Of a stretch of DNA of 64,000 bases, positions 30,144 to 38,416 are shown in pieces; the first letter of the stretch is position 1, and every line of letters starts with the position of its first letter. Both the position numbers and the translations under genes were made by a program. This stretch comes from Bacteroidota bacterium. GTDB lineage: Bacteria; Bacteroidota; Bacteroidia; UBA8524. Where the stretch lies: NCBI GenBank assembly GCA_016124735.1, contig WGMZ01000019.1, forward strand, positions 3,217-67,216. The letters run 5' to 3'. The notes under the pieces are model-generated. The model ran no database searches and was not told the origin of the DNA. It was given only the letters and a program-made list of their open reading frames with translations.

Positions 30144-31043
30144 TTAAGCAAGAGCAGAATCCATAAATCGAACTTGCCAAAAGGCTTCGAACGTTTTGCC
30201 GGGTTCCAGCAAATGCAGCCCTTCTCTTTCGCTCTCATCTGTTGAGTCAGCGTAGCCATACCAGGGTTCGAGGCATAAAAAGGTTTCACAGGATTTCTTG
30301 GTCCAAATCCCAAAATCCTCAAAGCCTCCAAATTGCATTTCAAGATGAATATCCGGGCCAATTAATTCAACTTTTCGACTGTTCAGTGCTTTGAGTACAA
30401 TCGCGTCTTTGTTAAAAAGATCGACGCTCAGTGGCAGAATTTTACCAGAACCAAGGGATTCAGTTTGGCCATTAAAAAGTCCATCTTCCAATAAATGCCT
30501 TTCCAGGTTCTCATCTTCTGAGAACTGCATGTTCAATTCTTTGAAACCGCCTGCCGGAAGGAGAAACCCAGGATGTGCCCCCAAAGAAAATGGAAGGGGC
30601 CGGTTTCCCGGGTTAATCACCTGGTAGCGGACATGTATTCCATCTTTTAGCAAGGAGTAGGTGAGCTCTAATTCGAAGGGGAATGGAAAACGTGCCAGGG
30701 TTTCGCCGCTGTCGTAGAGGCGGTAGGTCTGGGCGTGCGAATCTGCCGATTCCACTTTTTCGAACGCCATATCCCGCGCAAATCCATGCTGGTTCATTGG
30801 GTACGCTTTCCCATCCACTTCAATCTGGTTGCCTTTGGATTTGCCTACCCGAGGGAATAAAACAGGAGAATGCCTGGGCCACCATTGTTCTTCAGCCGTC
30901 CAGATACGCTCCTTACCTCCAACAATCAGGCTTTGCAACTCGGCGCCGAAAGCGGAAATCTCAGCTTGGGTATCAGAGATGGATAATTGCGTTTTCAATT
31001 TCTTTAAAGCTGTTTTTTCTGCGGATAAAATGTTGCCAGACAA
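30144..31043 (-). CDS. Aldose 1-epimerase (galactose mutarotase-like) family protein
   Basis: It has a YphB/aldose-epimerase-like fold signature (AEISAFGAELQSL ... NQHGFARD ... HPGF). The annotated ATG overlaps the upstream GT2 gene by 71 nt, and an internal TTG near 31005 is an alternative start. Confidence 0.65.
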   Translation of the reverse strand: MSGNILSAEKTALKKLKTQLSISDTQAEISAFGAELQSLIVGGKERIWTAEEQWWPRHSPVLFPRVGKSKGNQIEVDGKAYPMNQHGFARDMAFEKVESADSHAQTYRLYDSGETLARFPFPFELELTYSLLKDGIHVRYQVINPGNRPLPFSLGAHPGFLLPAGGFKELNMQFSEDENLERHLLEDGLFNGQTESLGSGKILPLSVDLFNKDAIVLKALNSRKVELIGPDIHLEMQFGGFEDFGIWTKKSCETFLCLEPWYGYADSTDESEREGLHLLEPGKTFEAFWQVRFMDSALA

Positions 31044-32007
31044 TCGAACCTTTTAGCATTCCTACTCTGTTCGAATGATGCATGGTACGGCTTTCTTTGC
31101 GTTTGGAAATCCAATAAGACAAACGAGAATAAAAAAGAAAATGTGCTTGAACAATGGCCCAGGTATTTTTCCATTGCCCTTTACTTAAAAAGAGTATTCC
31201 AGCGAGCCCGTCGAGAACCAATTTTACCGGCATCTTCCAAAGCAGCTCGCCCGCATCCATGTTCTTGGTCATGGTGATGAGTGTGTTGCGGAAATTGAGT
31301 CGTGTTTTTTTCGGGTTCTCACGAGTGAGGGTTCCGCCGCCAACATGATAGACCTTGCCATCCGGCACACAGGTTACCCGATAACCCCGGTTTTTCATGC
31401 GCCAGCAAAGATCAATCTCCTCCATATGCGCGAAATAATCGGCATCCAGTCCTTTTAACTCTTCCCAGATTTTTCTGCGCACCACCATGGCTGCCCCGCT
31501 GGCCCAGAAGACGTCGCGAATGGAATTGTACTGGCTATTGTCTTTTTCTACAACATCGAATATTCTGCCCCGACAGAAGGGATATGCAAAGCGGTCTATA
31601 AAACCACCCGCCGCACCGGCATACTCAAAAAGATGTCCATCCCGGTAGCTGAGAATCTTCGGCATGGAAGCCGCCACATCCAGCTCTAATTCCATGTGTT
31701 GTATCACTGGATTCAGCCAATTGGGCACAACCTCCACATCGGAATTGAGCAATACGTAATAGTCCCCGTCGATATTTTTCAGTCCTTCATTATAGCCCCC
31801 GGCAAACCCATAGTTTCTGTTCAAAGCCACCTGCCGGATTTCCGGATGATATTTTTTCAGAAAGTCAAGCGAGTCATCTGTGCTGGCATTGTCAATCACC
31901 AAAATTTCAAAGTTGGGATAATCCGTATGTTTCAGGGCCGGAATGAATTTCTCCAGGAACGCCCGGGTATTGTAATTCAGGATGGCAACGACAACTTTCG
32001 GGCTCAT
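30973..32007 (-). CDS. Glycosyltransferase family 2 protein
   Basis: N-terminal GT-A fold: VVAILNYNTRAFLEKFIPAL, DNASTD, and a DxD-like LNSDVEV. The start overlaps the stop of the upstream 124-aa gene in an ATGA arrangement. Confidence 0.75.
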   Translation of the reverse strand: MSPKVVVAILNYNTRAFLEKFIPALKHTDYPNFEILVIDNASTDDSLDFLKKYHPEIRQVALNRNYGFAGGYNEGLKNIDGDYYVLLNSDVEVVPNWLNPVIQHMELELDVAASMPKILSYRDGHLFEYAGAAGGFIDRFAYPFCRGRIFDVVEKDNSQYNSIRDVFWASGAAMVVRRKIWEELKGLDADYFAHMEEIDLCWRMKNRGYRVTCVPDGKVYHVGGGTLTRENPKKTRLNFRNTLITMTKNMDAGELLWKMPVKLVLDGLAGILFLSKGQWKNTWAIVQAHFLFYSRLSYWISKRKESRTMHHSNRVGMLKGSIVWQHFIRRKNSFKEIENAIIHL

Positions 32008-32378
32008 GAGTGGTGAGGTTCATTTTTATAAGGAATGAAGACAAAATGCGCTTGCGCTCCATATACCACAAATAGGCATATTTGTTCTTTTGGGTTTTTG
32101 TAGTTGGCCTTGAAGAAATCAATCTTCTCGGCTGGGATGAGATTTTTTTCCTGGAACTCTTCCAGGGTGGAGGCGCTGATACTCCAAAGGGTGGCCATGT
32201 CCGACTTGTCGAGAATAACTTCTCCTACCTTCACTTCATCTTGATGTGCAATAAAGATGGGGAATTTGGAATAACCTTCCTGCATAATTTCAAGAGCAGT
32301 TTCCCGAATAGAGGCCTTCATCAATATCAATTCACCGCGCAGGTGATCGAGCTGCGCTTCCCATTGTTTATCCAGCAT
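32004..32378 (-). CDS. Hypothetical protein (124 aa), overlaps rlmD and the GT2 gene at both ends
   Basis: An ORF with coding-like composition. It overlaps the rlmD stop by 11 nt and the GT2 start by 4 nt. I recognise no motif. Confidence 0.4.
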   Translation of the reverse strand: MLDKQWEAQLDHLRGELILMKASIRETALEIMQEGYSKFPIFIAHQDEVKVGEVILDKSDMATLWSISASTLEEFQEKNLIPAEKIDFFKANYKNPKEQICLFVVYGAQAHFVFIPYKNEPHHS

Positions 32379-33765
32379 GTTTCAAAGTTAGTAAAACAAC
32401 ATTTTCTACATGATGGGTATGCGGGAACATATCTACCGGCTGAACTTTTTCAATGGCGTAGAGTTCTTCCATCATAGCCAGATCGCGGGCTTGGGTAGAG
32501 GGATTGCAGCTCACATACACAATCTTTGGAGCTTTCAATCTTAATAGCATTTTAACCACATCAGGGTGCATGCCTGCTCTGGGCGGATCTGTTACGATCA
32601 CATCCGGCCTGCCTTCATATTCTACGAAATCATCATTGAGGATGTCTTTCATATCCCCGGCATAGAATTGCACATTGTCAATTTGATTATATTCTGCATT
32701 GATTCGGGCATCTTCAATTGCCATTTCTACATATTCGACACCCACAACTCTTTTAGCCTGATTGGCTAAGTACAATGCAATGCTGCCGGTTCCCGTATAA
32801 AGATCGTACACCAATTCATTTCCGCTAAGTCCGGCAAAATCTTTAGCCGTTTGATAAAGTATTTCGGCCTGCCTGCTATTTGTTTGGAAGAAACTCTTTG
32901 GTCCAACTTTGAATGTCAAATCGCCAATTTTCTCCAAAATATGATCCTTTCCATGAAAGCATTTGATTTCCTGGTCATACAGGGTATCATTTTTCTTGGT
33001 ATTCACTGCGTACATCAATGATGTAATCTGTGGAAAGGCATTTTTCAATTGTTCAAGGTAGGATTCAATGCCATCATTGGGTTCGCCAAATGCCACAATT
33101 ACCATCCATTCGCCAAGTGTTGAGTTGCGGATGATAAAAGAACGCATAACGCCTCCATGGTTGCGCAGATCATAGAAGCTAAGTCCCATGTCGATTGCCA
33201 GTTGTTTGCCAAACCGCCTTATTTGATTCATCGGATCGTCCATCAAATGACAGGTATGGATATCCAGAATTTTATCGAATTTCCCTGGGACGTGAAAACC
33301 AAGTCCTTCGAGTGGGCCTTTATTTTCCACTTCCATTTCCTCTTCCAGCAAATAGCGTTGTTTAGTGAACCCGAAGTCCATCTTATTCCGGTAGTGAAAG
33401 GAATCTGCTGATCCTTTGATGGGCATCATCTCTGGAAAATCCAGATGTCCGATCCGCTCAAAGTTCTCTTTTACCTGAGCTGCCTTAAATGCCAATTGGT
33501 TTTGGTAGCCGATATGCTGCCATTTACAGCCACCGCAAACGCCGAAATGTTCACAAACAGGCTCAATACGTTCTGGGCCTGCTTCATGCAATTGAATAAT
33601 CTTCCCGAAAAGATTGCCCTTTTTCTTTTTGATCACGTGAACATCAGCCAGGTCGCCTGGAGCAGCATGAGAAACAAAAAGGGTCTTTCCATCTGCATGC
33701 GCAATGCATTGACCTTCGGCTACAGCCTTTTCAATTCGAACATTTTCGAAAATAAACTTCTTCAT
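32368..33765 (-). CDS. rlmD: 23S rRNA (uracil-C5)-methyltransferase, RumA/RlmD family (TRAM domain, 4Fe-4S cluster, SAM-dependent methyltransferase)
   Basis: N-terminal TRAM domain, an Fe-S cysteine cluster CEHFGVCGGCKWQH, and the methyltransferase motifs DLYTGTGSIAL and DPPRAG. I chose the ATG at 33765. The TTG at 33774 is the longest-ORF start. Confidence 0.8.
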   Translation of the reverse strand: MKKFIFENVRIEKAVAEGQCIAHADGKTLFVSHAAPGDLADVHVIKKKKGNLFGKIIQLHEAGPERIEPVCEHFGVCGGCKWQHIGYQNQLAFKAAQVKENFERIGHLDFPEMMPIKGSADSFHYRNKMDFGFTKQRYLLEEEMEVENKGPLEGLGFHVPGKFDKILDIHTCHLMDDPMNQIRRFGKQLAIDMGLSFYDLRNHGGVMRSFIIRNSTLGEWMVIVAFGEPNDGIESYLEQLKNAFPQITSLMYAVNTKKNDTLYDQEIKCFHGKDHILEKIGDLTFKVGPKSFFQTNSRQAEILYQTAKDFAGLSGNELVYDLYTGTGSIALYLANQAKRVVGVEYVEMAIEDARINAEYNQIDNVQFYAGDMKDILNDDFVEYEGRPDVIVTDPPRAGMHPDVVKMLLRLKAPKIVYVSCNPSTQARDLAMMEELYAIEKVQPVDMFPHTHHVENVVLLTLKHAG

Positions 33766-33989
33766 TCGCCGCAAAGGTCAGCATGGAACGCTTTCTGTCC
33801 AAATTGAAGTTTAGAGGATTTAGAGATTATAGAATATTTCGAGGAAGCACGGTTCTTTGAAACTTTTCGTACAATGGATACCGGCGAATGCACTCCTTCG
33901 CTTCTTTCACCTGATTATTTTATCGTAGTAGAGTCCGTTTTGTTAACACATTGCTCGGTAAATCATGTTTTGAATGTTGATTTTACGCT

Positions 33990-34455
33990 GAATCAACAAA
34001 GCGCTTCGCTCGGCGTCATAAAAATTTTGTTCAAAATCAACCGCTCCTTCGTCGTGCGTCAGCCAACATTTGCAGCGTCTTTGCGTTAAAAAATTTGAGC
34101 GAGCAAACTCAACCGCGCCTCCGTCGTGCGTCAGCCAACAAGTACAGCTTCTTTGCGTTAAAAAATTTGAGCGAGCAAACTCAACCGCGCCTCCGTTGTG
34201 CGTCAGCCAACAATTACAGCGTCTTTGCGTTAAAAAATTTGAGCGAGCAACTCAACCGCGCCTCTGTCGTGCGTCAGCCAACATTTGCAGCGTCTTTGCG
34301 TTAAAAAATTTGAGCGAGCAAACTCAACCGCGCCTCCGTCGTGCGTCAGCCAACAATTACAGCGTCTTTGCGTTAAAAAATTTGAGCGAGCAAAATCAAC
34401 CGCGCCTCCGTTGTGCGTCAGCCAACAAGTACAGCGTCTTTGCGTTAAAAATGCC
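33990..34455. repeat. Tandem direct repeat array B: about 6.5 units of 72 bp (one unit is 71 bp), related to array A
   Basis: Unit AGCAAACTCAACCGCGCCTCCGTCGTGCGTCAGCCAACA[TTTG/AGTA/ATTA]CAGCGTCTTTGCGTTAAAAAATTTGAGCG. The core TCAACCGC recurs at 34037, 34109, 34181, 34252, 34324 and 34396. A degenerate leading copy starts near 33990. Confidence 0.9.
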
Positions 34456-34762
34456 GCGTGGCATTGGGGTATTTTGCGCCCAGTCGGCGGTATCGAAGTT
34501 CACTCAATATCCATCGGAGGAGAGAAAGAAGTAATCCGAAAACCAGTGAGGAGAGAATATATTGTCCCAGATTATTGCCAATGATAACTTGCAATGCGGG
34601 TATAGGATTATCGAAAACATAAATAAGGGTCATGAAAACGGCAAAGGTCAAAATGAAATAGAGCAATCCATAAATCATCCAAAACCTTAAAAACCCCCTT
34701 TTACGCACCTGGCTCCATTCAGCGAGCCAATGTTTATTTTTGATATCATTTTTTGAATCCAT
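34445..34762 (-). CDS. Small hypothetical two-transmembrane membrane protein
   Basis: Two hydrophobic helices (FLRFWMIYGLLYFILTFAVFMTLIYVF and ILSSLVFGLLLSLL). It lies 5 bp downstream of the NhaC-like gene on the same strand. Its 3' end abuts repeat array B, so this call is tentative. Confidence 0.4.
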   Translation of the reverse strand: MDSKNDIKNKHWLAEWSQVRKRGFLRFWMIYGLLYFILTFAVFMTLIYVFDNPIPALQVIIGNNLGQYILSSLVFGLLLSLLRWILSELRYRRLGAKYPNATRHF

Positions 34763-34767
34763 CTGAT

Positions 34768-36675
34768 TCAAATCGTGTGCTTACCAAATATACGTATTAG
34801 CATGTAAATCGCAAGGAAACCAAGTGGATACAAGACGAGTGGATGGATTCCGAAAGAACTGGGTATAGTGCCAATAACCACAGATATTGCCCCGACAAGC
34901 AATGCATAAGGCATTTGAGTGCGTACATGGCTCAGGTGATTGCAGGAAGTGGCCAGGGAGCTGAGAATGGTCGTGTCGCTGATCGGACTGCAATGGTCGC
35001 CCAGCACGGAGCCGGCCAGAACACAGCTCACCACATTGTAGAACAGGTTTAAAGTATCCACTTCAGGGAACTGTTGAGAAGCACATAAAAACCAGCTGGC
35101 AGGAAGAATCATGGGGTAAAGGATTGCCATGGTGCTCCATGAAGAGCCGGTGGAAAATGAAACCAAAGCTGCAAGCAGGAAAGTAAGTGCAGGCAAAAGG
35201 AAGGGACTTGCATTCAGATCCTGTAAAAATCCGGTAATGTAACGGGCAGTGTCTAAATTCTCCGTCAATGTGGAAAGCGTCCATGCCAGACATAGAATAA
35301 CCACGGCATTCAGCATAAAGCCAAAACCCTTGAACATGACAGACAGACTTTGTTGCAGATTTAAAATTCGCTGACCCACACTCAGAGTAATTCCAGTTCC
35401 AAGTGCGCTGAGTGAGGACCATAACAGGGCTTTATACGAATCAGCATTCCCAATGATTCCCGATACACGCGACCAAAACCCTCTCTCCGGGTCGGTCCAG
35501 ATCAAAGGGTCGAAGCCGGTTACCCAAAGCCCCGCCAGTGTTCCAAAAATGAGCACCAATACAGGAATGATTGCGTTGAAGGCTCTTTTTGGTGCATTGG
35601 GATCGGGTTCAAGAGCTTTTATTTCTTCGCTTTCAGCCAGATCTGTTTCGGCTTCTTCATCTCGTAACACCCGGTTTTCTGCGTGATACATTGGGCCAAA
35701 GTCCTTTTTAGAAAGAATCAGAATCAGGATGAATGCTAAAGTGAAAACAGGATAAAATGAGAACTTCAATGAAGAAATGAAAACACTGTAGGGACTGCCT
35801 TCCAGACCATAAATGGAGGATATTCCATCCTGAATATATCCCAACTGCGCGCCAATCCAGGTAGTTACAAAAGCCACAGATGCCACCGGAGCTGCTGTTG
35901 CATCTACTATATAGGCCAGTTTTTCGCGGGAAATTCGAAGTTTGTCTGTTACCGGACGCATGGTATTTCCAACAACCAGGGTATTGGCATAATCGTCGAA
36001 AAAAATGAGTATGCCCAGGGACCAGGTGGCCAACTGGGCCGAAATACGGGTGCTTGCATAGCGTGAGATACGTTGCACCATACCCGCCATACCTCCATTT
36101 TTAGAGATGACAGCTACCATTCCACCAATCAAAGTGGAAAAGAGTATGATGCTCATATGTCCTTCATGGGCGATGGACGGAAGAATGTAATCGGTAATAC
36201 TCAGGAAAAAACCGGAGAGGAGAGGGGTGCCGCTGGCACTGTAGTGTAAATGCAGAAGAACACCTGCGAAAATTCCGAGGAATAATGAGCTAATAACTTC
36301 CTTGAAAAGAATTGCAAACAGAATCGCAATCAATGGAGGGATGATACTCAGCCAGCCTGGCATTAAGGTGAGGTCCAGATGTCCGCCATATGGCGATCCA
36401 TCTTTATATAATGTATAATCAATTGAAGAGGAGCCTTCTTTTAGATGAGGTCCCTGGAGGGATGCCCCAAGGAGGGGTTGTACATATTTAAAATGCGTCG
36501 TGCCTCCATAAAATTGAATGCTGTCTGGCTGAACACTTCCCGTTACGGAAAATTTTAGGGCATGCCCGGCCATGATAACACCCGACTGCTTCACAGAAAA
36601 ATCTGCTTTGGCATAATTTGGGCTGATGGCCGACAAGAGGACCGTGACGAGGAATAATAAGCGCAGATTCCGCAT
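34768..36675 (-). CDS. Putative Na+/H+ antiporter NhaC-family transporter with an N-terminal signal peptide and extracytoplasmic domain
   Basis: Signal peptide MRNLRLLFLVTVLLSAISPNYAKA, then a hydrophilic domain of about 120 aa, then 11 or more transmembrane helices that resemble NhaC-type antiporters. I chose the ATG at 36675. The ORF start at 36807 would overlap the ECF-sigma gene. Confidence 0.5.
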   Translation of the reverse strand: MRNLRLLFLVTVLLSAISPNYAKADFSVKQSGVIMAGHALKFSVTGSVQPDSIQFYGGTTHFKYVQPLLGASLQGPHLKEGSSSIDYTLYKDGSPYGGHLDLTLMPGWLSIIPPLIAILFAILFKEVISSLFLGIFAGVLLHLHYSASGTPLLSGFFLSITDYILPSIAHEGHMSIILFSTLIGGMVAVISKNGGMAGMVQRISRYASTRISAQLATWSLGILIFFDDYANTLVVGNTMRPVTDKLRISREKLAYIVDATAAPVASVAFVTTWIGAQLGYIQDGISSIYGLEGSPYSVFISSLKFSFYPVFTLAFILILILSKKDFGPMYHAENRVLRDEEAETDLAESEEIKALEPDPNAPKRAFNAIIPVLVLIFGTLAGLWVTGFDPLIWTDPERGFWSRVSGIIGNADSYKALLWSSLSALGTGITLSVGQRILNLQQSLSVMFKGFGFMLNAVVILCLAWTLSTLTENLDTARYITGFLQDLNASPFLLPALTFLLAALVSFSTGSSWSTMAILYPMILPASWFLCASQQFPEVDTLNLFYNVVSCVLAGSVLGDHCSPISDTTILSSLATSCNHLSHVRTQMPYALLVGAISVVIGTIPSSFGIHPLVLYPLGFLAIYMLIRIFGKHTI

Positions 36676-36779
36676 TCCGACGAAGATGACCAATTTGGAG
36701 GAATTCGACAACCCGTCTTGTGGAATAAAATGTAGGCAAAGCTGGAAATTGCTCATGGTAATTACGCACTTTTGTTGTG

Positions 36780-37415
36780 ATGCCGGAAAAACGTCATTCA
36801 GGAACAAAGGATGAGCTCAGCTTATTGAAAGGCGACAACAAAGAGTTTGCTCAGCTTTATTCCCGGTATTATCCGCTTTTGATTGGGGTAACACGAAGCT
36901 ACCTCCCCAAGGAGCAGGCTGGAGATGATTTGGTTCAGGATGTATTTGAGAAACTTTGGCTGAAAAGAACGGAATTGGAGATTGATAATCTCCGGGCCTA
37001 TCTTTTTGGTATGATGCGCAACAGGTGCCTGGATGAACTAAAAAGACGAAAGGCATCTTCCCAACTGGATCAGGTGGAAGAAATGGCTGATGAGCAGGAA
37101 GGGATGGCTAAGATGGAAGCCAAAGATCAGGGAACGCATATTCAAGAATTGATTCAAAGGCTAAGTCCGCAGTGCAGAACCGTATTTCTTCTGGTTCGCT
37201 TCGAAGGCATGAAATACAAAGAAGTAGCCGAGTTGCTGAATATTTCGGTAAAAACAGTCGAAAACCATATGGGCCGCGCATTGAAGGTGCTTCGTTTGGG
37301 CTTGGACGACCGCAATGCAAGCTGGAGCGCGACCGCGGTATTCCTGTTATTTGCTGCCGATTTTCAACCAATTACAAATATTTTTAATGACGCATTGGGG
37401 GTAAAAGGCGGATGA
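36780..37415 (+). CDS. RNA polymerase ECF-type sigma-70 factor
   Basis: Region-2 motif DLVQDVFEKLW and the region-4 helix-turn-helix YKEVAELLNISVKTVENHMGRALKVLR. Confidence 0.8.
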   Translation: MPEKRHSGTKDELSLLKGDNKEFAQLYSRYYPLLIGVTRSYLPKEQAGDDLVQDVFEKLWLKRTELEIDNLRAYLFGMMRNRCLDELKRRKASSQLDQVEEMADEQEGMAKMEAKDQGTHIQELIQRLSPQCRTVFLLVRFEGMKYKEVAELLNISVKTVENHMGRALKVLRLGLDDRNASWSATAVFLLFAADFQPITNIFNDALGVKGG

Positions 37416-37434
37416 ATCGTCTTCATGGTGTAGC

Positions 37435-38403
37435 ATGACAGATCTACGCCCCGATATCGATGTATTGATGGCCAAAAGGCTGGCTGGAGAAGAGAGTTCT
37501 TCCGACAAGGAAACGCTTGATTCCCTATTGGAAACGCATTCGGATGAATGGTTAAAAGCAGAAAAAAGCTGGCTCGCCGCCAAGAAAGATTGGTTCACCG
37601 AGGAAGAATCTAAAAATCCGGTGATGCCTGTTTATTTGCGGTCCAATACCAAAAAAATACCGTACGGGTGGATTGCTGCTGCTGCCTCCCTAATTCTTAT
37701 TGCCATGATATCTTTCTTCTTAATCCGGGAAAACGAAGTGGAAAAATTCGCCATTCTGACCCAAACAGCTACCGAAGCCGGTGAACAAAAAGAACTGAAG
37801 CTTTCGGATGGTACCCTGGTTAAAATGAATGCGGCGACGACTCTTCGCTATCCGCAAGAATTTGCCCCCGACAAAAGAGAAATCTTTTTGGAAGGAGAAG
37901 CCTATTTCGAAGTGATTCCGGATGCCAATCGCCCTCTTATTATCCACGGTACTGAAGCCAATGTAAAAGTTTTGGGGACTGCATTCAACGTCAATGCCTA
38001 TCCAGGTAAGCCGATGGAAGTGGCTGTACGCAGCGGAAAAGTAAACATGGTAAGCCATTCTGGCACAGGAAAAGATGTGATGATGGTTCCGATGATGAAA
38101 AAAGGAATCAGTAACAAAGCCACTGGCACCTGGGAAATGGTGAATTCAGACGATCAGGATTTTGATTGGCTGGAAGGCAAATTGGTGTTTAAAGATGCAC
38201 CGCTCAAAGATGTTATTACAGAAGTATCGCGCGCATACGGCGTGAAAATTAGCCTGGAGAACCAGGAAATGGCTACTTGCCATATCTCATCAACATTTTA
38301 TCGAAACTCTATCGAAGAAGTGCTGGAGACCTTATCTTTGATCACAGGATTACACTACGAGCGCATTGGCGACCGTTACGTAATCCGTGGCAAAGGCTGC
38401 TAA
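37435..38403 (+). CDS. FecR-family anti-sigma factor / transmembrane sensor
   Basis: A cytoplasmic N-terminus, one transmembrane helix, and a periplasmic FecR domain (ELKLSDGTLVKMNAATTLRY...EIFLEGEAYFEV). It sits immediately downstream of the ECF sigma gene. Confidence 0.8.
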   Translation: MTDLRPDIDVLMAKRLAGEESSSDKETLDSLLETHSDEWLKAEKSWLAAKKDWFTEEESKNPVMPVYLRSNTKKIPYGWIAAAASLILIAMISFFLIRENEVEKFAILTQTATEAGEQKELKLSDGTLVKMNAATTLRYPQEFAPDKREIFLEGEAYFEVIPDANRPLIIHGTEANVKVLGTAFNVNAYPGKPMEVAVRSGKVNMVSHSGTGKDVMMVPMMKKGISNKATGTWEMVNSDDQDFDWLEGKLVFKDAPLKDVITEVSRAYGVKISLENQEMATCHISSTFYRNSIEEVLETLSLITGLHYERIGDRYVIRGKGC

Positions 38404-38416
38404 TGCAGAAGGTTTC

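Noticed and set aside
33990-34455. A possible CRISPR array (regularly spaced ~72-bp repeats; the same question applies to 25361–25573)
   Set aside because: The whole 72-bp unit is conserved, and only 4 nt vary between units. There are no unique 25–40-bp spacers, no cas genes in the window, and no leader/repeat asymmetry. It is a tandem repeat, not a CRISPR.
34070-34584. ORF-track proteins 34070..34534, 34095..34304 and 34285..34584 (QRLCVKKFERANSTAPP... repeats)
   Set aside because: These are open frames created by the 72-bp (24-codon) periodicity of repeat array B. One 71-bp unit breaks the frame, the units differ by frame-shifting indels, and the composition is not coding-like. They are artefacts.
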